From assembly GCA_977017645.1 (NCBI GenBank), contig OZ360229.1, positions 89,528,001-89,592,000 on the forward strand: DNA of 64,000 nucleotides, in the 5' to 3' direction. How positions within the stretch are numbered: the first letter of the stretch is position 1; every line of letters starts with the position of its first letter. A program made the translations under genes and the position numbers. Shown one piece after another: positions 51,053 to 62,623 of this stretch. Under the pieces are notes generated by a model, which ran no database searches, was not told the DNA's origin, and worked only from the letters and a program-made list of their open reading frames with translations. Source of the DNA: Torpedo marmorata (taxonomy: Eukaryota).

Positions 51053-51490
51053 AATTCAAGATTCAATTTATTGTCATAGTAATAAAACAGCATCATATTC
51101 CATGAAATTTCTTTTTGCCTGCTGCAAGGCAGACAGATTCGCCACCGGCAGAAATTGCCTAAGCGCCTCTTACATTCCTTACAGTCAGAGAAAGAGAAGC
51201 AAAAGAGAGCCCCCCCAGAGTCACCGAGTGTCCATAGATTCGCCTCCAGTGCTTCCACAGCCACACAGAGTCCAGTCCAAACCATCGGCAACCCGAGCTC
51301 CAGATCCGAACATCCAACACGGTCAGGGCGCCCTCGGTACCCCCTCGCATCCCGGTTCCGATACCTGGTACTCCTCCAGCCAGTTCAAGCCAGCCTCCAG
51401 CAGTCCACAGCCCGGCGTGAGTCCCCCGACAGCAGTCTCCAGCAGCCCACAGCCTCCTCGCCTCGAGTCGCCAGCAGCCCGCCGCATGCA
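51053..51490 (-). mobile_element. Family X non-autonomous retroelement, CpG-rich young copy
   Basis: Homology to 47132-47766. 51057-51209 appears identical to the reverse complement of 61477-61629. Confidence 0.8.
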
Positions 51491-51744
51491 CTGCTTTTGT
51501 AAATACAAGATTTGAAAAAAAAAAACAAAAACAAAAAAAAAAACAAGCAATGCAAAAAAGAGAAAAAAGTGAGGTGGTGTCCAGAGGTTCATTGTCCATT
51601 CAAACATCTAATGGCAGAGGAGAAGCAGCTGTTTTTGTAACAAGTGTGTGCCTTCAGGCTCCTGTACCTCTTCCCTGATGGTAGCAATCAGAAAAGGGCA
51701 TGACCTGTGTGGTGAGGGTCCTTGATGATAGATGCTGCTTTCTT

Positions 51745-51828
51745 TCTTTTTTAAAATCTCTTTATTAATTCCATAAAATCATGGATATAACAGTTCATTC
51801 ACTATATACGTTTACAGAAAAAAAGCAA
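51745..51828 (-). mobile_element. 84-bp retroposed poly(A) fragment (probable extreme 3' end of an L1)
   Basis: 15-bp TSD AGATGCTGCTTTCTT (51730-51744, 51829-51843). AATAAA plus A-rich tail on the minus strand. Confidence 0.8.
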
Positions 51829-52139
51829 AGATGCTGCTTTCTTGAGGTATCGCCTCTTAAAGGTGTCATTAATGGAGAGAAGACTGATGCCCATGATGGC
51901 ACTGTCCAAGTTTCCAAGCCTCTGTAGCCTGTTCCTGTCCTATGCATTGGCTCCTTCATACCAGACAGTGATGTAACCAGTCAGAATGCTCTCCACAGTA
52001 CACCTGTGGAAATTTGCAAGTCTTTGGTGACATACCAAATTTCCTCAAACTCCTAACGAAGTATAGCCGCTGGCGTGCCTTCTTCATAATTGCATTGACA
52101 TGACACTTAGTCTGAATGCAATAGGAGATGCAAAACCTC

Positions 52140-52530
52140 TACAACACATTTCTTCTCTTCCAACCATCCAGGGATCAAAGAGTCTTTCCAAGCAAAGCAG
52201 CTATTTACTTGCACTTCTTCCAAAGTAGTGCACAGCTGTCAGTGCTCATATTGCAATCTCTCCTATACTGGAAAAAACAAAATGGGATCTGATAACGTCC
52301 TTGCAGCGCACCTACATTCAGTCTACAGAGCTGACCTCGAGCTTCCTGTTCGATGTTACCTTAATTCATCATCCCACTCTCCTATTGCTATCACAAGACA
52401 AAACCCAATCAGAAGCAATAGCACTCCATTATACCAAACAAATCTACTGGAGGAACTCAGAAGGTCAAGCAGCATCAGAGGGAGAAAAAGAATGGCTGAA
52501 GTTGCAAGCCAAAACATTTCAACCGGACTG
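52140..52530 (+). mobile_element. Old Penelope-like fragment (GIY-YIG) plus inverted pseudo-LTR piece
   Basis: FTCTSSKVVHSCQCSYCNLSYTG...HLHSV...ELPV..YLNS.SHS, then CTGGAGGAACTCAG.AGGTCA.GCAGCATC. Confidence 0.7.
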
Positions 52531-53687
52531 AGGAAAGTTGTTACAGAACCAATGTAAACAGTACAGGGTGGAAGGAATGAAGCAGGGGCTCCACACGGGA
52601 TTGTAGGGTGATCTTATCAAAGCATTCAAGATCCTTAGGCAATGTGACAGGGAATGTCATCAGATTCCCATTTGGTTTTTCCAGTGTAAGCGCCAAAATC
52701 TGTGGAAGGGAAGAAATGTGTTGTAGAGGGGTTGCATCTCCTATATACATTTCTACGAGTGGGTGAATCTCAAACAAAAGGGTCACGTATTAAATGACTA
52801 TCTCCTAACCTTGTAAGCGAGTTGCATTAGAACTTCTGGTAGAAGGTGATGAACATTTGGAGTTCTCCACCCCAGAGGGTTAGATTATCAGGAGTATTTA
52901 AAGAGAGGAAGCAGATTCAGTTGAAAGATGAGGGAATTGGGGGCTGTGGAGAACTAGTTACAGGACAAGCTTTGGGAAGATCAGCCATAATCAAATTAGA
53001 TGGCAGGGTAATCTGGAGGGGCTGAGTGATTTACTCCTACTTTTTTTGTGCGCACTTTTGGCTCAATTTCAAATCCTACAATTTCAGATAACTTGCTTTG
53101 TCTGTATTAGAACAGGTTAAATCATCCATCTGCTCAGTTTTGCCCTTCCTGAAGCCACGTCCTGCATCTCTGCATTTCACAATTCTTACATTCCTTTGTC
53201 CAAGTTTACAATTAAACGACTAAATACAACTAATTAACTAGAACAGATGGCTGAGAAAGCTATGCTTTGTAGCTGCAATATGGGAACTAGTGGACCCCAT
53301 AGTGGTAAACAGTGACTATATCTGCAGTGTTGGCTGCTCAAGAGACTGGGGTCGATGAGCTGGAGTACAAGCTCCAAATACTTCTACACAACAGGGGGGA
53401 GGAGGGGAGAATGATCTGAACACATATTTCATGAGGCAGTCACTTCCTTTAGATTAACTTTCTCTAAACTACTGAATAATTAGGGATAGGATGAAGGCAG
53501 AAGAGGCATGTAGAGAGAGCCAGAGGAGCCTCATCTGATTACTTTTTCCAAAAGGAACAATGTTCTTGCTCCTGAGGAGCAGAATTGGGAATGCAAGGAG
53601 GATGTGCAAATTATTCAGAACAGAAAGCCATTCAAGAGAGGAGAAAAAATAAATAAATTTATTTATACCCACATTAATAACTACCGG

Positions 53688-54090
53688 TAGTTATTAATGG
53701 GGGTATAAATAAATTTATTTCTCAAATGTATAGATTGTTACAGAAAAAAATGCCTAAACCAGGAATTCATAAATCAAGATTAAAATGGGAATTAGATCTG
53801 AATGTAACAATAGATGAGGAACATTGGAAAGAAATATGTAAACAAAGTATGATGAAGATTATTAACGTTAGATATAACTTAGTGCAATATAATTTTTTTG
53901 CATCCGTTATATTTAACTCCTAAGAAACTAAAAAAATTTAATCCGACATTATCAGGTTTATGTTTTAGATGTAATAGAGAGGAAGGTTCTTTTGTACATT
54001 CTACGTGGTTTTGTCCAAAGATATATGATTTTTGGTTGAAAGTTAAAAAGTTTTCAGATAAAGTATTGAGAATTACACTTGTTATGGACC
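53688..54090 (+). mobile_element. Internal L1 ORF2 fragment (same family as the 29209 and 41503 copies)
   Basis: INKFISQMY.L.QKKMPK.GIHKSRLKWELDLNV and LYLTPKKLKKFNPTLSGLCFRC. Confidence 0.9.
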
Positions 54091-54091
54091 A

Positions 54092-55760
54092 TGACTGACC
54101 ATTTGGACTGCGGATGGTCAGCAGGAAGGATGAAGTCTTTTGGAGTACACACTGGGGCCAGGTACTGAAAGAGTTAACTTCCCCAAGGACTTGGTGTACC
54201 CAGAGAGAGAGAGAGCAGAGAGAGAGAGAGACAGGCTGTGGAAAAGATACTTTGTTGCACTTTTGCAAAAGCAGGTGCAGACCTCTGCAAAAAGCAAACA
54301 GTTGGGAGTTGCAAAGGCTAGAGAACACAGCAAAATCCAGGCTTGTGCATCCCAGAGGAAAAGGCTGGAAGAATAGCACATGGCCTCCTGTCTCAGAGAA
54401 ATCCTGAGTTAAAAGCAACTTCTGTGGAGAACAGACGTGAGATCAGCGAGACCAGCTGTGAGATCCAAGCACACGCCTCAATCAGTGGTATACTGATCTG
54501 AACTCGCAATCCTTATGAAAACACAAGAAGGGAATGTCATCAGAGAAGAAAAACAAGTATTTGTAAGCATAAACAGTCATTGTCTCTCTCCAACGTTCAT
54601 TCAGAAGTACTTCTACCAGCACAGAGCTGAATTTGAAACCTGAACTTAGAGAGTGAATTTTGTGGACTGTATTATTCTTTTTTTGACTGACTTGTTTTTA
54701 TGACTGACCTGGGGTTTTTGGGGAAAGTTTTTCCATTTTTACATAAGGGTTGGGCACAGACTGTAATGGTCTGGGCTTTACACACACACCTTTTAGATAA
54801 GAATAGTGTTTATAGACGTTTATAGTGGGGTTAATTGTTGTGAAATTATATGTTTAATTGGGTTTAATAAATAGTAATTTCAATTTTACCCCTTTTGCAT
54901 TGCGTCTTCTGTCGTTGCTGGTTTGATTTTGTAACAAAATTGGGGGCTCGTCGTGGGATTTGAATCAAAATCCATCTTGGTAATTGAAGGAATCCCAGTT
55001 TGGTTTAAGGCATTCCTTTTGTAAAGCTAATTAAAAGCTAGTGTGTGTGTAACGAAAAACCAGCAACAATGGATGTAGAACATTTTTTGGAATCACCTGA
55101 ATCTGATACTTTAAAAAAGGCGAAAAAGGAACAGTTAGTGGCTATAGCAACAAAGCTGGGCATTGCTTCTGTAAAAGCATCTATGAAAAAGGCAGATTGG
55201 GAGAAAAATTGTCAAATACTATATAAAAGAAAAAAAAGTTTGAGGAGAGCGTGTTAGAGCAGTTTCCCAAGGGTAAACCTTCTGAAAACATAGTTGGAAC
55301 TAAAGAAATTGGAATTGGAGGCAGCCAGGGAACAAAAGAAATTAGAATTGGAGGCAGCCAGGGAACAAAAGAAATTAGACACAGAATTGGAATTGGAACA
55401 AAAGAGATTAGACTTAGAGAACGATGAGAAAAATAGGAGATATGAGCTGGAAAAGATGAGGATGGAAAATGAGAGGAGACAAGAAGAGCACCAAGATCAA
55501 ATTCGTCATCCTGCTGAGGGGTTTTTTGGCTAGTAGAGAAGTTAGGTTGGTTCCTCCATTTGAGGAGGCAGAAATAGATAAGTACTTCCAGCATTTTGAG
55601 AAGGTGGCTGTGAAATTAAAATGGCCACAAGACCAATGGTCTCTTATGTTACAAAGTGTAATAAAAGGAAAAGCTCAGCAAGCTTATTCTACTCTTACCA
55701 CGGAGCAAGCTGCTGATTATGAAACGGTGAAAAAGGTTATACTCCAGGCTTATGAGAACT
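54092..55760 (+). mobile_element. Gypsy LTR retrotransposon 5' part: LTR (ends 54936), tRNA-Pro PBS (54941-54959), frameshifted gag
   Basis: LTR end TGTAACA. PBS TGGGGGCTCGTCGTGGGAT. Gag VPPFEEAEIDKYFQHFEKVA..LKWP...W..MLQ....GKAQQAY..L......DYE.VK..IL.AYE resembles SCAN-associated Gmr1-like gag. The LTR left edge is uncertain (54080-54092). Confidence 0.85.
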
Positions 55761-56272
55761 AAAATACTAAAATGCAGAAACACATGGGTGATAATCTCCA
55801 GATTATTACCTGAGCCACATGCAAACTGACAGTGTAAGCAGGATTAGAGGAGTAAATGTATAATTCAGAGTTGTGTAGTAGAAATGGTTTCCAATTCATG
55901 AAACACTGGCACTAGTAGAGGGAAGGAGAAGGCTGTTCTGTTGGGATGGGCTTTACCGGAATCTCGCTGGGACCAGTGCCCTGGTAAATCGCAGAAATAG
56001 GTTTGTACAGAGAGCTAAATAGGAGGGAGAATGGCTCAGGAGAAAATGAGAGCACAGTGGCACATGATAGTGGGGCAGAAAATGTACATAAAAGAGCAAA
56101 TTCCAAGTTAGTAATATATACCAATAAATCAAAACTTAACAGTCTTTACTTGAATGCACACAGAATTTGCAATGTAATATAGGAGTTGGTAGCAAAAATA
56201 GCAACATACTAGTCGGATTGTAGAGGCATTGTTGCAGTGACCAGGACTGAGTGCTCAATATTGATGGTTATG

Positions 56273-56983
56273 TAGTGAAATCCCCAGTATCCGGCACCTA
56301 TGGGGATTGTGGATGCCGCTTATGCGAATTTTCCAGCTGCCTGAGACACACCCTTACAATGCCTAATACACCTGCGTTAAGAATAAACAGTTTAAGAGAC
56401 AAAAGACAGTGCAAAATGTAAAGTAATTTGAAAAGAAAATCAGTATTGCAGACCTTAATTATGTAAAGTTCACTTTAATCAGGTAATCCCCATAAATTAC
56501 AAAATTTAAATTCAAACCCCAGTCACTGGCGCTGAAACAGCATTGTACTAACCACTGCGCTAACCGTGGCGTCGTCATAATTAACCCCTTCCCCCAAGTT
56601 TACAGATAAAGCCTTACTAATATACGGTACTTAATAATATACTAATAAAGACTCTTACTAGGCAGGGATAGGGAGACACTTTGGGAGAGTCGCCCCAGTG
56701 GCATCGGCCGGCTCTTCATCTTGGGTGACGCCATTTTATTCAAACACAACTTTATTCAAACAGCTGCTGCGGACAGGGCTGAATGTTTGCTCCCATCTTC
56801 ACCAAGGGGTTGTGTGTTGCTTTGGAGAACATTTACTTTTACAATTTTAAACTTTTATTTCAATTTTTATCTTTTCTTATTTATTTTCACCGTTTATTTA
56901 TTTATTTCCTCGGGATTATTTTTTTTTTGCTGGTTGCTTGGGGTTGCCGGTTGCTTGAATTCCGGATACCGGGGAATTTACTG
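56273..56983. mobile_element. Non-autonomous pogo/Tigger-like DNA transposon (contains a V-SINE head at about 56505-56572, minus strand)
   Basis: 22-bp imperfect TIR TAGTGAAATCCCCAGTATCCGG / CCGGATACCGGGGAATTTACTG followed by TA. Interrupts CR1 coding sequence. Confidence 0.75.
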
Positions 56984-57614
56984 TACGTTGTTCGAAAAAA
57001 AAGGTCAAAAGGGAAAAGAGGCAGAGTAGCATTGTTAATCAAGGATAGTATTGTTGAATTGTGATACAGAGGGGGCAGATACTAATATAGAATCAATTTG
57101 GGCAGAAATCATGCATAGCAGGAAAAAGAAAGAGGTCGGAGTAGTCTGGAGGCATGGGGAGGAGCATAACTGGGGAAATACCATGGTCAAGTTTGAAGGA
57201 AACTGCGATTGTCATGGGAGATTTTAACCTACAAACTGACTGAACCAATCAAACTGACAAGGGTATCTTCGAAAAATAATTTCTGAAGTGCGTCTCTAAT
57301 GGAAGAGCAGCATTCTGTACTGGTTTAAGATATTATTGATTTTGATCAAAAAATATCCAAAAAAATTAAAGAATTAGATTATTTTTAAAATATGTTCACA
57401 TTTCACTTTACCCACCAGCTGCCCTTGCCAAACAATTTTATTCAACAAAATTTGAGAAAAGTATTGGCCATACTTAATGCACTAGTAATCCATTGCACTC
57501 AATTCTAGACCTGTAAACATAAAATGAACTCCAAAAACCAAGTTACTAATAGGATGTTTTACACGTCAAGGTGCAATACTGCAATAGTCAAAGCACGAGC
57601 ATGGGTTTTCAAAA

Positions 57615-57850
57615 GGTGGCACGGTTAGCATTGCAGTTAGCGCAACTCTATTAGTGGCTACGACCCGATTTGAATCCGGCACTGTCTGTAAGGAGTTTGT
57701 ACGTTCTCCCCTGTCTGCATGGGCTTCCTCCAGGTGCTCCAGTTTTCTCCCACTCTTCAAAACGTATGGGGATTGTAAATTAATTGATGTATTTTGGGGG
57801 CATGTGGGTAGGAAGGGCTTGTTACCATGCTGCATGTCTAAATTTAAAAA
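57615..57850 (+). mobile_element. V-SINE (HE1-like)
   Basis: Head, V-domain and tail. Confidence 0.88.
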
Positions 57851-58353
57851 TGCATCACAAAAATAAACAACAATTCTCCAGGTTATAAATACTGGTTACT
57901 CGTGTATCCTGGGTTATCTGTAGCACTGGTAATGAATGGTCTCCAATAAAGACTTTAAGAAGTGTATGAGAGTGACTTAGAGTAATTATTTTTATAGATC
58001 ACATTAGTTCCATTACCAATTAGATTGAGGACATCAGGTTGTAAAATTAATTTCACTCGTAGAATTGTGAAATTCTCTCCCTTATAAACAAAATGTCACA
58101 CCTACACAATTTATCAAAGATCTCAGCTGACTCATCCCTTTTTCCAAAGCCAAAAGATATGCAAATTCGCCAGACTTTTAATAACTTACAACATCTGTGA
58201 AGGTCAAAGCTCATGCGTTTTAAAAGTTGATGTCGCATTTATTTAAAATGTCCATGTGTGATATACAAAATGCTATGGCTCAATTTCCAGTGAGTCTTGA
58301 TGCTTCCATAAAAAAATTTAAAACTTGATTCAAACTTATGGTAATATTTTTTG

Positions 58354-58602
58354 AGGTGACATGGTTAGCGTAGCAGTTAGCGCAATGCTGTTACAGCGCC
58401 AACGACCATGGTTCGAATCTAGCGCTGTCTGTTGGGAGTTTGTATGTTCTCCCCGTGTCTGCGTGGGTTTCCTCTGGGTGCTCTGGTTTCCTCCCACCAT
58501 TCCAATCGTACCGGGGTTATAGGCTAATTGGGTATAATTGGGTGGCACGGGTTAGTGGCCGAAAGGACCTGTTTCCGTACTGTATGTCTAAATTTAAATT
58601 TA
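58354..58602 (+). mobile_element. V-SINE (HE1-like)
   Basis: Head, V-domain and tail. Confidence 0.88.
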
Positions 58603-59189
58603 ATGATTCAGATGAAGTGATCCATATTGCAGTGTTGTTGTTGCCAGAAATCCCAAGCTTTGTTACTCTACAACAAGTTACTCCCCAGAGAAAACTTTGA
58701 CTTGTAAATTGAAGGCAGAGCACATTCCATTTTAATCCCTTCAAATCAAAATAAATAATAAACATACAAGAAAGATTCGAAGGCAGTGAATTTGCTCTCA
58801 AAAGGTATGGAAAGACCAATCTCTCACTGTCAATAACCATTAACAAAGACCATAGCTTTGAAAAGCTCTCAAAACTTTCAGAAATAACTATCATTGGACC
58901 TGCAGCTTTAAAATGATACTTCAAGAGTTTGTTTTTTGTTAAAAGTTGTCAGCACAGCACAAGTAACTGATATTGGGGAAAAATATTAATTGCTCCAAAC
59001 ATCCAATTATTGATTCTACTCCATTTCATTAATCACCATTGTGTTTTTGTGAAATAGAATCCATTTCACGTTACTTTGTACATCTACCTGCTGTATTTGT
59101 GCTATATTTTTAAAAACTTGTTTCCCCGTCTCTCCCCATCACAAAAATATAAATAGCACTGACAAAGTGCATCCATTTACAGGATTGAG

Positions 59190-59745
59190 ACTATGATACT
59201 GGGCAGGATCAAAGAAAGAGAATAAACAGATCCTTCCCAAGTTTGCAGGCTGTTATAACTAGCTGTGATCAATGCATGGGCCCTAGCTAGTCATCATACA
59301 TATGAATGATTTGACTGAGGGAACTAAACATTACCGGTATTTCAAATTTGTTGACATTACTAAACAAGGTGCATTTGTAACAGGATTATAAAAAGGCTTC
59401 AAGGGGATATGGTCAAACTCAGTGAGTGGGGAGAACGTTGCAGATGCAATATCATGTTGAAAAATGTGAAATCGCTCAGTTTATTGCATACTGCAGAAAA
59501 ACAGAGTATGTGTTAAATCGCAAGACTGAGCAGCATTGGTTTTCAGAGAACTAGGAGTGCTTGTACACAATTTACTGAAGGCAATTAGGAGGGAAAATAA
59601 TGTTAACTTTTTTCCCCCCAAAACAAGCTGACTGCAGGAAACCAGTCTTATTGCAATTGCATAGGGCCTTGGTGAGACCACATCTGGATTACTGTGTAGT
59701 TATAAATTCCTTGCATAAGAATGTATTTGCTATGGAGGAATTACA
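59190..59745 (+). mobile_element. Highly degraded CR1 RT fragment
   Basis: Y.NDL.EG, KF.D, LSEW...Q.QY.VEKCE and RALVRPHLDYCV remnants. Confidence 0.7.
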
Positions 59746-60722
59746 AATTGCCTTTCCTTTACGAGCTACTAGAACTGAGGTATTACTATCTGCTGCACTT
59801 GTGGAAATAATTTGCCCTAATAACTACTCAAGCCTCAACTTCCTATGTGTTTTAATTATTGTACATCCTCCCATTTAGTGTACAGCTTCTGGAGAGCAAT
59901 CAGAAGAGTACACTGAACAACTTTTGTTTCTAATCACAGCCATGGTAAAATCAATGGCCAAATCTCTTGTTAGACTTGAAATCAGTTAATGAAGCACAAA
60001 CTTCTACAATTAGGACTTTGACGTTCTCACTTGTACCACAGTTTTTATAGATACAGTATTATTAAACCGAACAAATGCTGCCATCTGTGTTCCAGAGACA
60101 AAAGTCACCATGATCATAATTATCTTGTCATCTTTTATATTTTTAAGTGTGCTCTTGAAATTTTGGCAATTGTTGAAATGCAAGTCGAGCACAACATTCC
60201 TCATAGTAATGGTGAAAGGAATAATGCAAAATATATTTTGATTTTATTTCCAAATTCATGTCAGAAAAATTACTGATCTATACAAAATGAATTTTTATTT
60301 TTTTTTAAATTTCATTTATACCCAATTTAGGGCAAAGCAGAATTGAACTTCGATTTTTCAGAAAAAAAGAAATTAATCCAAAGCAAAATACTGCACATGG
60401 TAGAAATCTGAATTTAAGGTGAAAATGCTGGGTATTTGAATAATTTTTTTACCCCACAGATTCTGCCTGACCTGCATTTCTGTCCCATTCAGGTTGCAAC
60501 GTAACAATTATTTTTATCAGTTTAATAACTGCAAAGTAGTTGATTTGGCTGTTTGTCATGTAGAACTACAGCCTGATTGTAGAACTTGTCTTTGTCATAA
60601 AGGACGACCCCCACAATATAGCTATTCGAGTTACACAAATTCACCCTTATACAATTCACTATGTTAAACCCCCGAGATACAGAATAAAATTCACTCTCAC
60701 ACAATTTGTGTGGAAAAATATA

Positions 60723-62403
60723 CAGTGCCCTCCATAATGTTTGGGACAAAGATACAAACAATTCACATGTAATTAAAGTGCACATTCCAGATTTTATTCA
60801 AGTTTATTTGTATACATTTTGGTTTGACAATGTAGAAATTACAGCACTTTTTATACATAGTCCCCTCATTTCAGGGCACCATAATGTTTGGGACATTTGG
60901 CTTCACAGGTGTTTGTGAGTACTCAGGTATGTTTAATTGCTTCATTGGTGCAGATATAAGAGAGCTTGGCTTGCTTCTAAGCTTTGATCACCTTTGGAGT
61001 CTGTAGTTGCCATTTTTCAACATGACGACCAGAGTTGTGCCAATGAAAGTCAAAGAAGCCATTTTGTGGCTGAAAAACAAGAGGAAAACACTAAGAGAAA
61101 TCGCCAAAACCTTAGGATTACCAAAATCAACAGTTTGGAACATTGTTAAGAGAGAGTGTACTGGTGAGCTCAGGAATCGCAAAGGGACTTGTATTCCAAG
61201 GTAGACCTCCACTGCTGATGACAGAAGAATTCTCATCACAATGAAGAAAAATAACCGTATTTCCGACAGATCAAAAACACTCTTCAGGAGGCAGGTGTGG
61301 ATATGTCAAAGACAACTGTTCGCAGTAGACTTCATGAACAGAAATACAGAGGCTACACTGCAAGATGCAAACTACTAGTTATTCACAGAAAGGATGGCCA
61401 GAATAGTTTGCCAAGAATTATTTAAAAGAGCCTGCAGAATTCTGGAAAAAGGTCGTGTGGACAGATGAGACCAATACTCTCTTTTGCTTCTCTTTCTCTG
61501 ACTGTAAGGAATGTAAGAGGCGCTTAGGCAATTTCTGCCGGTGGCGAATCTGTCTGCCTTGCAGCAGGCAAAAAGAAATTTCATGGAATATGATGCTGTT
61601 TTATTACTATGACAATAAATTGAATCTTGGATTAACCTGCATCAGAGTGATGGCAGGAGCAAATTGTGGAGGCATAAAGGAACTGCCCAAGATCCAAAGC
61701 ATACCACCTTTGCCATGGTTTGCATCTTGCAGTGTAACCTCTGTACCGTATTTCTGTTCATGGAGTCTTCTGCGGACAGTCGTCATTGATATATCCACAC
61801 CTGCCTCCTGAAGAGTGTTTCTGATCTGTGGGACATGCGTTTGGAGGTTTTTCTTCATTATGATGAGAATTCTTCTGTCATCAGCAGTGGAGGCCTTCCT
61901 TGGAATACAAGTCCCTTTGCGATTCCTGAGCTCACCAGTGCGCTTTCTTTTTAATCACGGTAATCATAACGTTTGGGTGATGTTTCTTACTGTTTTATTC
62001 TTGTTTTTCAGCCTCAATGGCTTTTTTGACTTTCATTGGCACAACTCTGGTCCTCATGTTGAAAAATAGCAACTACAGACTCCAAAGGTGATCAAAAGCT
62101 TAGAAGCAAACCTAGCTCTCTTATACCAGCACAAATGAAGCAATTAAACAGATCTGAGTACTCACAAATACCTGTGAAGCCAAATGTCCCAAACATTATG
62201 GTGCCCTGAAATGAGGGGACTATGTATAAAAAGTGCTGTAATGTCCACACGGTCAATCTAAAATGCATACAAATAAACTTGAATAAAATCTGGAATGCGC
62301 ACTTTAATTACATGTGAATTGTTTGATTACAAATTGAAAACTGTGGAGCACAGGGACAAATAAAGGAAGAAAGTGTCTGTCCCAAACATTATAGAAGGCA
62401 CTG
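60723..62403. mobile_element. Tc1-family transposon derivative with about 650-bp inverted arms (fold-back), TA-flanked
   Basis: TA|CAGTGCC...GGCACTG|TA. Internal direct repeat CCATAATGTTTGGGACA (IR/DR type). Transposase remnants REIAKTLGLPKSTVWNI and WTDET. The right arm is an inverted copy of the 5' end. Confidence 0.9.
61477..61629 (+). mobile_element. Family X 3' fragment inserted in the Tc1 transposase just after WTDET
   Basis: Reverse complement of 51057-51209. The transposase resumes (INL.QSDG) after it. Confidence 0.88.
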
Positions 62404-62623
62404 TATAGACAAAAATTTTCAACTCTCATGCTCATTTTCAACTTGACAAGTGCATAGGAGACAGCTTTACATGATAGAAATTCCTGATACAGGCCATTTT
62501 CTAGGAATGCATCTCTCCTGTAATATGGGGTCACCTACATTTGTCAGTAAACACTTCCAAAACTCAATGGACATTTTAAACAAACATTCAATCCCCTCCA
62601 TTTTACCTATCGCTTTTAACATA

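Larger units (their letters stand above)
50982..52101 (-). mobile_element. Rex1/Babar LINE 3' fragment carrying two nested insertions
   Basis: Tail AATAAACCTGATTCTGA. The minus strand has LLPSGKRYRSLK and VESILTG.IT.WY motifs. Confidence 0.8.
53240..57300 (+). mobile_element. Old CR1 LINE (ORF1 and endonuclease remnants) fragmented by nested L1, Gypsy and DNA-transposon insertions
   Basis: ORF1-like Cys remnant at about 53270-53330, LYLNA.. at 56143, and LNIDGY|..KGKRG.VALLIK continuing across the 56273-56983 insertion. Confidence 0.6.

Noticed and set aside
54080-54091. TGTTA as the exact LTR 5' end
   Set aside because: It pairs with the TAACA end but also aligns with L1 coding sequence (ITLVMD), so the boundary is ambiguous.
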